From Desulfocapsa sp. (GTDB lineage Bacteria > Desulfobacterota > Desulfobulbia > Desulfobulbales > CG2-30-60-27): a DNA stretch of 44,580 bases. Every line of letters starts with the position of its first letter. The first letter of the stretch is position 1. Location of the stretch: NCBI GenBank assembly GCA_020717925.1, contig DYDL01000002.1, positions 1-44,580 of the forward strand. Direction: 5' to 3'. The notes beneath the pieces were generated by a model. That model saw only the letters and a list, made by a program, of their open reading frames with translations. It was not told where the DNA came from and ran no database searches. This document shows positions 30,603 through 44,052 of the stretch, piece by piece. The translations under genes were made by a program, and so were the position numbers.

Positions 30603-30985
30603 GTCTCTGCACCCGTGTTTGGCTTTATAATGATTGAATTCTGGTCGATTTTACACTATGCTTCCCATACTTTTTCAGCCACCTGTGCCGGCCCTAAAAA
30701 ATGGTTTTAATTTAATAATAAAATCAGCCTGATATAGCGATATCACCGGGACCGACTTTCCCATCATATTAAACCCTTTTTATAACCCTTGGGAAAAGGT
30801 GTTGGTTGCTTTGGGAAAAGATGTTGAAAAGATGTTTTTAGCGCTCTTCCACATATTGTCCACACGCTGTGTGTTAACAATCTTTGTTATAATTTTAAAG
30901 AGTTATGTTTGTTATACACAAACCAACACCCCTTACTATCACCATTTTTTTTAAATAAATTAAACAAAGACAGAGGGAACACGCT
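30603..30985. other. oriC-like AT-rich intergenic region with DnaA-box-like 9-mers
   Basis: It lies upstream of dnaN between divergent genes. Boxes: TTGTCCACA (30856-30864), TTATACACA (30912-30920) and TCTTCCACA (30845-30853). There are AT tracts at 30696-30725 and 30945-30965, and direct repeats of gggaaaag and aaaagatgtt at 30790-30838. Confidence 0.5.
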
Positions 30986-32116
30986 ATGTCGTTGACCATG
31001 AACGTGAACAGGAATGATTTACTGTCCGGCCTTTCATCCCTGCAAAACGTGACAGGTAAAAAAGGCAGCATGGCTATTCTTGGCAATGTGCTGCTTCAGT
31101 CGGAAGAAGGAAGGTTGTTGCTTACCGGTACGGACCTTGAGGTTGGCATCCGCACCAGCGTGCCCGCGGAAATACTAAGCCCTGGTACAATAACTCTGCC
31201 TTGCAGGAAATTTTTTGAGGTTATAAGGGAGACGCCGGCCGAGAACGTAAGGCTGGAGATGCTGGAAAATAATCAGGCGCGTATTTCCGCGGGAAAAAGT
31301 GAATATCGACTGGGAGGCACTCCCAGCGAGGAATTCCCCTCTTTTCCAGAATATAAAGAGGAGAGCATGGTGACCCTGCCATCTGAACTGATGGCCGAGC
31401 TTATTGACAAGACTATATTTTCCCTGGCCCCGGAGGGTGAAAGTCAGTTCAACCTTACCAGTCTGCTGTTGGAGAAGGAGGAAAGGGGGGAAATAATGGT
31501 GTTGCGCACCGTCTCCTCGGACGGTCACCGCCTGTCGCTCATGGAAAAGGAGGCGAGCGACGAGATAAAAAAAATTGCCATGGATCGCACTATTCTCATT
31601 CCGCGAAAAGGGGTGCAGGAGATAAGAAAGTTCTGCGACCTGTCCGACAACGTGCGTTTTGGGCTTGAGGAAAAGCAGGCTGTGGTAAAGAGCGGCAACG
31701 CCCTGCTGATCATCCGCCTCATGCAGGGTGACTTCCCAGACTATCGCAATATCCTGGGTATTATAAAAAAGGAAAATCCGGTGGTGGTGGAGCGCGGAAA
31801 TTTTATTAACTCCATGAAGCGCATGAACCTCTTTGCCGAGGACAAGTACAACATGGTGCAGTTCGACATCAAGGGACGCACCATGGTGCTCTCCTCCCAG
31901 AGCGTAGACCTGGGCGATGCCAAGGACGAGTTGGAAATAGACTACGCGGGCCAGGATCTCAACCTGGGCTTCAACGGCAGATACTACCTGGAAACCATGC
32001 AGGCCATGCACAGCGACAAGGTCAAGTCCTATATCAACAGCGAGGAAAGCCCTTGCCTGGTCGAGGGCGACGATGACCCGGGCTTCATGAGCATCATCAT
32101 GCCCATGAAGATCTAG
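30986..32116 (+). CDS. dnaN: DNA polymerase III beta sliding clamp
   Basis: 376 aa. It has the typical start '...LLSGLSSLQNVTGKKGSMAILGNVLL' and end '...PGFMSIIMPMKI'. Confidence 0.93.
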   Translation: MSLTMNVNRNDLLSGLSSLQNVTGKKGSMAILGNVLLQSEEGRLLLTGTDLEVGIRTSVPAEILSPGTITLPCRKFFEVIRETPAENVRLEMLENNQARISAGKSEYRLGGTPSEEFPSFPEYKEESMVTLPSELMAELIDKTIFSLAPEGESQFNLTSLLLEKEERGEIMVLRTVSSDGHRLSLMEKEASDEIKKIAMDRTILIPRKGVQEIRKFCDLSDNVRFGLEEKQAVVKSGNALLIIRLMQGDFPDYRNILGIIKKENPVVVERGNFINSMKRMNLFAEDKYNMVQFDIKGRTMVLSSQSVDLGDAKDELEIDYAGQDLNLGFNGRYYLETMQAMHSDKVKSYINSEESPCLVEGDDDPGFMSIIMPMKI

Positions 32117-32159
32117 TTGGGGCCAAGAATTAGCGATTTTTACCTGAAATAAAAGAGGG

Positions 32160-34568
<2,409 letters not shown>

Positions 34569-34622
34569 TACGGGGCAGAGGGTCAAAACGACCCCTGCCC
34601 TATAAGAAATTAGCGACACAGG

Positions 34623-37169
<2,547 letters not shown>

Positions 37170-37178
37170 GCGAAAACC

Positions 37179-38216
37179 ATGGCCCCCGAGCAGGTTGCAG
37201 TCATCGGCGCCGGCAGTTGGGGAACGGCCCTGGCCTTGCTGCTGGCCGGCAAGGGCCACGGCGTAACCCTCTGGGCGCACCGAGCCCGCCAGGCCCAGGC
37301 CATGATCGAAGAGGGCGAGAACCGCGCCTATCTGCCCGGCTTTCCCTTGGGCCAGGGCATCGTCGTCACCGCTGACCTGGCCGCGGCCGTGGCCGGTCGG
37401 CCCTATGTGGTCATGGCCGTACCCTCGCACGGTTTTCGCGTTGTCTTTGAACAACTGCTGCCGCTGCTAGTCAACGGCGCCCACGTCATCTCCGCGGCCA
37501 AGGGCATCGAGACCACTACCCTGCTTACCATGTCACAGGTCATGGCCGAGGAGCTGGCCGCGGTCGGCGACCCGGCCTGGAGCAACGCCATCCGCCTGGG
37601 TGTGCTGGCCGGGCCGAGTTTTGCCCGCGAGGTAGCCCAGGGACTCCCGACCGCGGTTACTGTGGCCGCCAGCAACATGGAGGCGGCCCGCAGTTTTCAG
37701 GAACTTTTTTTCACCGAGCGCTTCCGGGTCTATGCCTCGGCCGATGTCCTCGGCCTGGAGCTGGGCGGCGCGCTGAAGAATATCGTGGCCATTGGTGCCG
37801 GCATCTGCGACGGCCTGGGCTACGGCACCAACACCCGGGCCGCCCTCATCACCCGGGGCCTGGCCGAGATCACCCGGCTGGGCGTGCGTTTGGGCGCCAA
37901 CCCGCTCACCTTTTCCGGCCTGGGCGGCCTGGGCGACCTCGTCCTCACCTGCACCGGCGACCTGTCCCGCAACCGCCAGGTAGGGTTGCAGCTCGGCCAG
38001 GGCAAGAGCATCACCCAGATACTGCATGAGATGCACATGGTGGCCGAGGGCGTCAAAACCACCCAGAGCGCCTGGAACCTGGCCCGGAAGATGGGAGTGG
38101 ACATGCCCATCCTGGAGCAGGTCCATGCGGTGCTCTACGAGGACAAACCGGTGCAACAGGCGGTGCAGGATCTGCTTACCCGCGGCCAGAAGGAAGAGGT
38201 TGATTTCCTCAACTGA
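37179..38216 (+). CDS. gpsA: NAD(P)H-dependent glycerol-3-phosphate dehydrogenase
   Basis: Contains 'VAVIGAGSWGTALA', 'GALKNIVAIGAGICDGLGYGTN' and 'VAEGV'. Confidence 0.92.
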   Translation: MAPEQVAVIGAGSWGTALALLLAGKGHGVTLWAHRARQAQAMIEEGENRAYLPGFPLGQGIVVTADLAAAVAGRPYVVMAVPSHGFRVVFEQLLPLLVNGAHVISAAKGIETTTLLTMSQVMAEELAAVGDPAWSNAIRLGVLAGPSFAREVAQGLPTAVTVAASNMEAARSFQELFFTERFRVYASADVLGLELGGALKNIVAIGAGICDGLGYGTNTRAALITRGLAEITRLGVRLGANPLTFSGLGGLGDLVLTCTGDLSRNRQVGLQLGQGKSITQILHEMHMVAEGVKTTQSAWNLARKMGVDMPILEQVHAVLYEDKPVQQAVQDLLTRGQKEEVDFLN

Positions 38217-38236
38217 GGGTAACGACACAGGTGGAT

Positions 38237-38347
38237 AGTCTGAAGGTGTTTAGGTGGAGAAGATAACGCACAAAGTTTATCATGGTGTAACTTTGGCCCT
38301 CAAGCTAACAGACTACAGTCTAAACAACCTGAGTAGCTATTTTAAGG
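38237..38347 (+). repeat. Bipartite conserved intergenic element, copy B (upstream of selD)
   Basis: agtctgaAGGTGTTTAGGTGg (38237-57), ctaacagactacagtCTAAACAACCT (38305-30) and gctattttaagg (38336-47) match copy A, which lies in the same orientation relative to its downstream gene. Confidence 0.6.
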
Positions 38348-38351
38348 CTTC

Positions 38352-39410
38352 ATGGAAAAAATCACCAAGAACAGGCCGGCCTTGACCAGCACTGTCGAAG
38401 CCGCCGGCTGAGCAGCCAAACTCGGTCCAGGGGTCCTGGACCATATTTTGAGCTGCCTGACGCGGATCACCGACCCGAACCTCATTGTTGGCGCCAATAC
38501 CTGCGATGACGCCGGGGTCTACCGTCTCACCGACGACATCGCCCTGATCCAGACGGTGGACTTCTTCACCCCTATCGTTGACGACCCCTATGCCTTTGGC
38601 CAGATCGTGGCGGCCAACGCCCTGTCCGATGTCTACGCCATGGGCGGCAAGCCGCTTTTGGTCATGAACCTGGTGGCCTTTCCGGTTAAGGATATGGAGC
38701 GCTCGGTGCTAACCGAGATGCTGCGCGGCGGCCAGGACAAGATTAACGAGGCGGGCGCCATCCTGGTGGGCGGCCACTCCATTGAGGACAAGGAACTCAA
38801 GTACGGCCTGTCGGTCACCGGCATCGTCCACCCGGACAAGGTGGTATTGAACGGTGGCGCCCGCGTCGGCGACCGGCTGTTGCTCACCAAGCCCATTGGC
38901 ACCGGCATCCTCGCCACCGCCTTGAAGGGCGGCCTGGTCGAGGCTGGCACCGAGGCGCTCATCACCACGGTCATGGCCACTCTGAACCGGGCTGCGGGCG
39001 AGGCCATGGCCAAGGTCACCGTGCACGGCGCCACCGACATTACCGGCTACGGCCTCATCGGCCACCTGCACGAGGTGGCGGCCGCCTCGGGCGTGGCGGT
39101 GCGGCTGGACGCAAGGGGTGTCCCCCTGCTGCCCGGCGTCGCGGACCTGGCCGCCATGGGCATTATCCCGGCCGGTGCTTACAAGAACCGAGACTTTTAC
39201 CAAAAGTGGGTGACCAGCACCCTTGTTGCCCTCGACCCCTTGGAGATGATCCTCTACGACCCCCAGACCTCCGGCGGCCTGCTGATCTCCGCTCCCCAGG
39301 CGGCCATCGACCAGATCGTCGCCCGCCTGGCCCAGTGTTCCTACCCCCTGGCCGTGGCCGTGGTGGGCGAAGTCACGGCCGGTCCCGCCGGCACCATCAC
39401 CGTGGGGTGA
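38352..39410 (+). CDS. selD: Selenide, water dikinase, Sec-containing form (UGA 38409-38411)
   Basis: The ORF track starts at 38448, but the in-frame upstream ATG at 38352 gives MEKITKNRPALTSTVEAAG-U-AAKLGPGVLDHILSCL.... This aligns with the E. coli 'GAGCGCKISPKVLETIL' active-site loop, with U at the catalytic Cys position. A SECIS hairpin follows the UGA. Confidence 0.85.
38424..38442 (+). promoter_or_regulatory. SECIS hairpin of selD
   Basis: ggtccag-GGGTC-ctggacc: a 7-bp perfect stem whose loop starts 22 nt after the U of UGA. Confidence 0.7.
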
Positions 39411-39504
39411 GCGGATCATCAAGCCCGTGGATGGTAATGGATTTCATGGCCCTTCTCCTTTGCAAGGGGCAGAAAGGTGGCGCACAGCGGGCGCGTTGAA
39501 TTTC

Positions 39505-39532
39505 TTGACAAAACGTGCAACCGCGCTATCAT
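39505..39532 (+). promoter_or_regulatory. Sigma70-like promoter driving the riboswitch leader
   Basis: TTGACA (39505-10), 16-nt spacer, TATCAT (39527-32). Confidence 0.5.
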
Positions 39533-39534
39533 CG

Positions 39535-39670
39535 CGTTCAAATTGTAGCCGAGATCCGTTTATAAACGGATGCGGGGGACCCAAGTATCCGGGGCGTATT
39601 CCTCATCGAGGATAGGGCACTTTCAAGCCCGAGCCCGTCAGCTAACCCCGTAGGCATTTGGAAGGGCAAT
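39535..39670 (+). promoter_or_regulatory. ydaO/yuaA-type cyclic-di-AMP riboswitch
   Basis: Hallmark blocks are present: 'GCGGGGGACCCA', 'GGGGCGUAUUCC...GGAUAGGGC' and 'CCCGAGCCCGUCAGCUAACCCCGUAGGC'. A possible P1 pairs caaat (39539-43) with atttg (39655-59). It sits upstream of a KimA (YdaO)-like transporter gene. Confidence 0.8.
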
Positions 39671-39688
39671 GGTCAGAGCTGCCAACCG

Positions 39689-39720
39689 GCCGCTGGCTAT
39701 GATGCGCCAGCGGCTTTTTT
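39689..39720 (+). terminator. Intrinsic terminator (riboswitch expression platform)
   Basis: gccgctggc-tatgatgc-gccagcggc: a 9-bp stem followed by TTTTTT, located 47 nt before the transporter ATG. Confidence 0.8.
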
Positions 39721-39766
39721 GCGCCATGCCCTTGAATGAAACGCACGTTCATTGCGGAGGGTCTAT

Positions 39767-41749
39767 ATGCAGCCTGATCAACCCGTGGTACGCCCTGGGG
39801 TGGTCCCCAGAATTCGCCAGCTTCTTTTCGGCGCCCCCAAGTACATCAAAGATCCGCAGTTGTTTCACAAGATGTCGCTGATCCCGGTGCTTGCCTGGGT
39901 CGGCCTGGGCGCCGACGGGCTTTCCTCGTCGGCCTATGGTCCGGAGGAGGCCTTTCGCGCCCTGGGCAGCCACACCTACCTGGCCATTTTGCTGGGCCTG
40001 GCCACGGCCCTTACCGTCTTCATCATCTCGGCCGGCTATTCCCGCATCATTGAACACTTTCCGCACGGCGGCGGCGGTTACATCGTTTCCACCCACATGC
40101 TGGGCGCCAAGGCGGGCGTGGTCTCGGGCAGCGCCCTGCTGGTCGATTACATCCTCACCATCACCATCTCGGTCGCCTCGTGCACCGATGCCCTGTTCAG
40201 CTATCTGCCCATGGCTTACCATCACCTGAAGGTGCCGATGGCCTGCCTTTTGATTTTGCTGCTCATTGTGCTGAACATCCGCGGGGTCAAGGAATCGATC
40301 GCGGTGATGGCTCCGATTTTCATGGTCTTCGTGGCCAGCCACCTCCTGCTGCTGCTGGACGGGGTCTTCACCCACACCGATCAGTTCGTGCCGCTGGCCC
40401 GGGACTTTCAAGCCGGGCTGAATCAGGATCTTTCCAGTATCGGCCTGTTCGGGATTCTCCTGATCTTTTTTCGGGCCTACTCGCTGGGCGGTGGCACCTA
40501 TACCGGGATCGAGGCGGTGTCGAACGGTATCCAGATCATGCGCGAACCCCGGGTGAAAACCGGTAAGCGCACCATGCTGTACATGGCCACCTCGCTCGCC
40601 TTTACCGCCGGGGTGCTGTTCGTCTGTTACGCCCTGCTCAAGATCGCCCCGGTGGCCGGCAAGACCTTAAACGCCGTGCTCGCCGATGCCCTGTTCGCCG
40701 ATTGGCCAATGGGACGGGCCATCGCCTTTATCACCATCTTCTCCGAGGGCGCCCTGCTCCTGGTCGCGGCCCAGGCCGGCTTCGTGGACGGACCTCGGGT
40801 CATGGCCAACATGGCGGTTGACTCCTGGATTCCGCACCGTTTCGCCGCCCTCTCCGAACGCCTCACCATGCATAACGGCATCATGCTGATGGGTGGTGCC
40901 GCTATCGCCCTGTTGCTCTATACGCACGGCTCGGTCTCGGCCCTGGTGGTCATGTACTCCATCAATGTATTTATCACCTTTTCCCTCTCCCAACTCGGCA
41001 TGACCCGCTTTTATATCAAGCGCCGCCACGAAGACCCGCAATGGAAACGACACCTGCCCATCCACCTGGTGGCCTTTGTTCTCTGCGCCGCCATCCTGGT
41101 GGTAACCACCTATGAAAAATTCCTTGAAGGCGGCTGGGTCACCTTCCTGATCACCTCGGTGGTCATCGTCTGCTGCTATATGATCCGCACCCATTACCTC
41201 AAGGTACGCCAGGCGATGATGGCCATGGACGAGTCGCGGCTCGCCATGCCGGTTCCCGGTCCGGCCAACACCGCCATGCCCCGGCCGGAAGATCCGACCG
41301 CCATCCAGTTGGTCTCGGCCTACAGCGGTTTCGGCATCTCCGCCCTGTTTTCGATTATCAAGAACTTCCCCGACACTTACAAGAACATCATCTTTGTCTC
41401 AGTGGCGGTTATTGATTCCGGCTCGTTCAAGGGGGCAAGCGAAATCGAGGCGCTGGAGAATTCGACTCGCGATGCCTTGAAGAAGTATATAAAACTGGCC
41501 CAACGGCTTGGCTTTGCCGCTGATTGTCGGTTGGTGGTGGCCACGGACGTGGTGGAGGGCGCCAGCGGACTATGCAAGGAGATCAGCCAGGAATTCCCCC
41601 GCTCCACGGTTTTTACCGGCCAGCTCACCTTTTGCCTGGAAAAATTTTATCACCGCATCATGCACAACGAGACCGCCTTTGCCATCCAGCGGCGCTTGCA
41701 GTGCGAGGAGATTACCACGGTTATTCTGCCGATCCGGCTGGCGTTGTGA
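39767..41749 (+). CDS. KimA-like APC-superfamily K+ transporter
   Basis: ATG 39767 follows GGAGGG. 'LGADGLSSSAYGPEEAF' and 'YSRIIEHFPHGGGGYIVSTHMLG' parallel B. subtilis KimA 'LSSDALSSVAYGTEQIL' and 'YRQIIYAYPQGGGAYIVSKENLG' (recalled from memory). A C-terminal cytoplasmic domain is present. Confidence 0.75.
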   Translation: MQPDQPVVRPGVVPRIRQLLFGAPKYIKDPQLFHKMSLIPVLAWVGLGADGLSSSAYGPEEAFRALGSHTYLAILLGLATALTVFIISAGYSRIIEHFPHGGGGYIVSTHMLGAKAGVVSGSALLVDYILTITISVASCTDALFSYLPMAYHHLKVPMACLLILLLIVLNIRGVKESIAVMAPIFMVFVASHLLLLLDGVFTHTDQFVPLARDFQAGLNQDLSSIGLFGILLIFFRAYSLGGGTYTGIEAVSNGIQIMREPRVKTGKRTMLYMATSLAFTAGVLFVCYALLKIAPVAGKTLNAVLADALFADWPMGRAIAFITIFSEGALLLVAAQAGFVDGPRVMANMAVDSWIPHRFAALSERLTMHNGIMLMGGAAIALLLYTHGSVSALVVMYSINVFITFSLSQLGMTRFYIKRRHEDPQWKRHLPIHLVAFVLCAAILVVTTYEKFLEGGWVTFLITSVVIVCCYMIRTHYLKVRQAMMAMDESRLAMPVPGPANTAMPRPEDPTAIQLVSAYSGFGISALFSIIKNFPDTYKNIIFVSVAVIDSGSFKGASEIEALENSTRDALKKYIKLAQRLGFAADCRLVVATDVVEGASGLCKEISQEFPRSTVFTGQLTFCLEKFYHRIMHNETAFAIQRRLQCEEITTVILPIRLAL

Positions 41750-41830
41750 TGGTTGGTGCTTGATTTTTCTTCACCCTGCCGGCGAATTGTCCGAAAAGCT
41801 ACATAAGGACATTTGCGCACGGAGGGAACC

Positions 41831-42835
41831 ATGAAGATCCAGCAGGCCCAGGCCCAACTAAGCGCCAGCCATTTTTTACAGAAAAGTGATGAAAGCCAGG
41901 AGTCGTTGCGCATGTGGGTTGATGACCCGCCTGTAGCGACACCGGTGGCCCGGGATCGCGTCACCTTGACATCGGCTGCCGCACCACCAGCGGCTGGTGA
42001 CCCTGAGGTTGGCCTGGACCCGCGTTTGCAGGCCATGCAGCGTATCCTGGAGTTTCTCACCGGCCACAAGATCTCGGGCAGCGCTCTGCAACTGCACGAT
42101 TCCGGCCCTTTGCCAACACCTTCATCAGGTGGTCTGGCCGGGACAGCCGACGGCCCGGCCAAGGTGGGCTGGGGGCTGTCCTATGACGCCACCGCCCGAC
42201 ATACGGAACAGGAGTCCACCACCGTTACCGCCAGCGGCACCCTGGTCACAACGGACGGCCAAAAGATCGACTTCAGCGTCAACCTCGCCATGGATCGCTC
42301 CAGCACTCAGACCGAGACCACCCGCATCCGGGCCGGAGACGCCAAGCTGGTCGATCCCCTGGTGATCAACTTCAACGGTACCGCGGCCCAGCTCACCGAC
42401 CTCACCTTTGCCTTTGACCTGAACAGTGACGGCGGCAAGGAGCGGATCGCGCAACTCGGCGCTGGCAGCGGCTTTCTGGTATTAGACAAAAATGGCGACA
42501 ACCAGGTGAACAACGGTCAGGAGCTCTTCGGCCCAACCACGGGCAACGGCTTTGCCGAGCTGGCCCGCCTGGACAGCGACAACAACGGCTGGCTCGACGA
42601 GGGTGACCAGCAGTGGCAGGCCCTCAAGGTCTGGACCAAGGACACGGCGGGCGGTGATCACCTTGAGACTCTGAGCGCCCGCGGGGTGGGCGCCATCCTG
42701 CTGCAACCCGTCGCCTCGCCCTTTAGCCTGACCGATGCCAGCGGCACCCAGCAGGGTGCTATCCGGGAGAGTTCCATCTTTGTTGGCGAACAGGGTGGGG
42801 CCGGCATAGTGCAGGAGGTTGATCTGGTGGTTTGA
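41831..42835 (+). CDS. Hypothetical protein with EF-hand-like Ca-binding loops
   Basis: ATG 41831 follows GGAGGG. The loops are 'DSDNNGWLDEGD', 'DKNGDNQVNNGQE' and 'DLNSDGGKE'. There is no obvious signal peptide. Confidence 0.55.
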   Translation: MKIQQAQAQLSASHFLQKSDESQESLRMWVDDPPVATPVARDRVTLTSAAAPPAAGDPEVGLDPRLQAMQRILEFLTGHKISGSALQLHDSGPLPTPSSGGLAGTADGPAKVGWGLSYDATARHTEQESTTVTASGTLVTTDGQKIDFSVNLAMDRSSTQTETTRIRAGDAKLVDPLVINFNGTAAQLTDLTFAFDLNSDGGKERIAQLGAGSGFLVLDKNGDNQVNNGQELFGPTTGNGFAELARLDSDNNGWLDEGDQQWQALKVWTKDTAGGDHLETLSARGVGAILLQPVASPFSLTDASGTQQGAIRESSIFVGEQGGAGIVQEVDLVV

Positions 42836-43079
42836 ATCACAGGTCAGGTGGTTAAGCAGCTTGCCTTCAGCTTCTTGTCACGGCCACAGGGTAAGCGTTT
42901 ATATGCAATCGCCTCAGGCCGACAGGCCGGCAAGCCAATCGGCGGCATCGGTAACTCTGATGCCGTTGCGAAACTTTTCTGCAAAAAAGTCGCAACGTTA
43001 TTGCACAGGCCTTCAATATAGTCGCAATATTGCTTGTTGTAAATCCGTCTCATGACCTTGCCCTTCAGCCTGACAAACG

Positions 43080-43436
43080 TCACTGCGTCGGCAGCAGGGT
43101 CAGCGCCGTTGCCTGCAAGCGCTTATCCAGGGTCCACAGGGGTATCCGGGTCAGCAGGGCCGAAATGAGCAGATGGATGTCGATATACCCCAGCCCTTTT
43201 CCCATCAGCCGGTGATCGTCAATGAATGGTATTACCTCATCATCGTTGGCGCAGGATGCGATTGGCAGGTCTTGCAGGAGAGAGAGGATCTGTTTTCTGT
43301 TTTTGAGATTGCCGCAGGCAAGTTCACCGATAATAAATGGGTGACAGGCTACCTGGCCGTCATTTAATAGGGCATCAAGCCCGATAGTCCCGGAGCGTAA
43401 ATGTTCCACCCAGACCGACGTATCAACCAGAATCAT
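43080..43436 (-). CDS. vapC: PIN-domain type II toxin VapC
   Basis: Starts 'MILVDTSVWVEHLR' and contains 'HPFIIGELACG' and 'GYIDIHLL'. It starts 1 nt after the vapB stop codon. Confidence 0.88.
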   Translation of the reverse strand: MILVDTSVWVEHLRSGTIGLDALLNDGQVACHPFIIGELACGNLKNRKQILSLLQDLPIASCANDDEVIPFIDDHRLMGKGLGYIDIHLLISALLTRIPLWTLDKRLQATALTLLPTQ

Positions 43437-43437
43437 G

Positions 43438-43635
43438 TTACCTGCCCGCTGTTCTTCGGCGCGGGATCATCTGCAAATTCTTTTCAGACCCTCCCAACCC
43501 GGCCAGACGCTTCGCGCTTTCCTTGGCAATCAGCGCTTGTAACCCAAGCCGGACCAGGGATGTCTTTTCCGTTACGCCGGTCAACTTCGCAGCCTTTTCC
43601 AGCAGGGTATCTTCGATATTCAGCGTAGTTCTCAT
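43438..43635 (-). CDS. vapB: VapB-type antitoxin
   Basis: Starts 'MRTTLNIEDTLLEKAAKLTGVTEKTSLVRLGLQALI'. The ATG at 43635 lies 6 nt after GGGAGA. Confidence 0.8.
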   Translation of the reverse strand: MRTTLNIEDTLLEKAAKLTGVTEKTSLVRLGLQALIAKESAKRLAGLGGSEKNLQMIPRRRTAGR

Positions 43636-43647
43636 AAACATTCTCCC

Positions 43648-43679
43648 GTATGCATATTTAATATGTACTAGTATGCATA
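43648..43679. promoter_or_regulatory. Two copies of GTATGCATA (palindromic core TATGCATA), probable VapB operator
   Basis: The copies are at 43648-43656 and 43671-43679, immediately upstream of vapB. Confidence 0.5.
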
Positions 43680-43982
43680 CAATATATGCTTTGGTCAAGC
43701 GCTGAATTTTGCAGATGCCATTCCGGAGGGAAAATTTAACTCACTGAAGCATGACCGTTTTCGCTTTTTAGTCTCAATACTTTGGAAGCAGCATCACTTT
43801 TCAAAGCAAGGGAATAGTCCAGATTCAAAGGTAACATCTTTACCGAGGAACTTCATGAAACGTCCATTCCTGAGGGCCTGTCTTGACAAATCCCTCCCAA
43901 CAATCATTTGCCTTGCTAACAGAAAGCTCCCGGATTATATCTCCCTTAGGCCGGGGCCGCAAATCGGCTCAGTTCAACAACA

Positions 43983-44031
43983 TTTTATCGATCATCCCGC
44001 AAGCGGAACGATCGATAAAACGCTAAGCGTT
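43983..44031. promoter_or_regulatory. Nested palindromes upstream of the nuclease-like ORF
   Basis: ttttatcgatc..cccgc-aa-gcgg..gatcgataaaa (43983-44020) has outer arms of 11 bp. It is followed by aacgct-a-agcgtt (44019-44031). Confidence 0.5.
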
Positions 44032-44052
44032 AGAGATCGAAGAAAGGAAACA

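Noticed and set aside
42844-43083. 79-aa minus-strand ORF whose GTG overlaps the vapC stop (GTGA).
   Set aside because: The coupling is suggestive, but the sequence is Cys/Lys-rich with no recognisable fold pattern, and the region is full of short hairpins. It could be a gene fragment. The evidence is not enough to call it.
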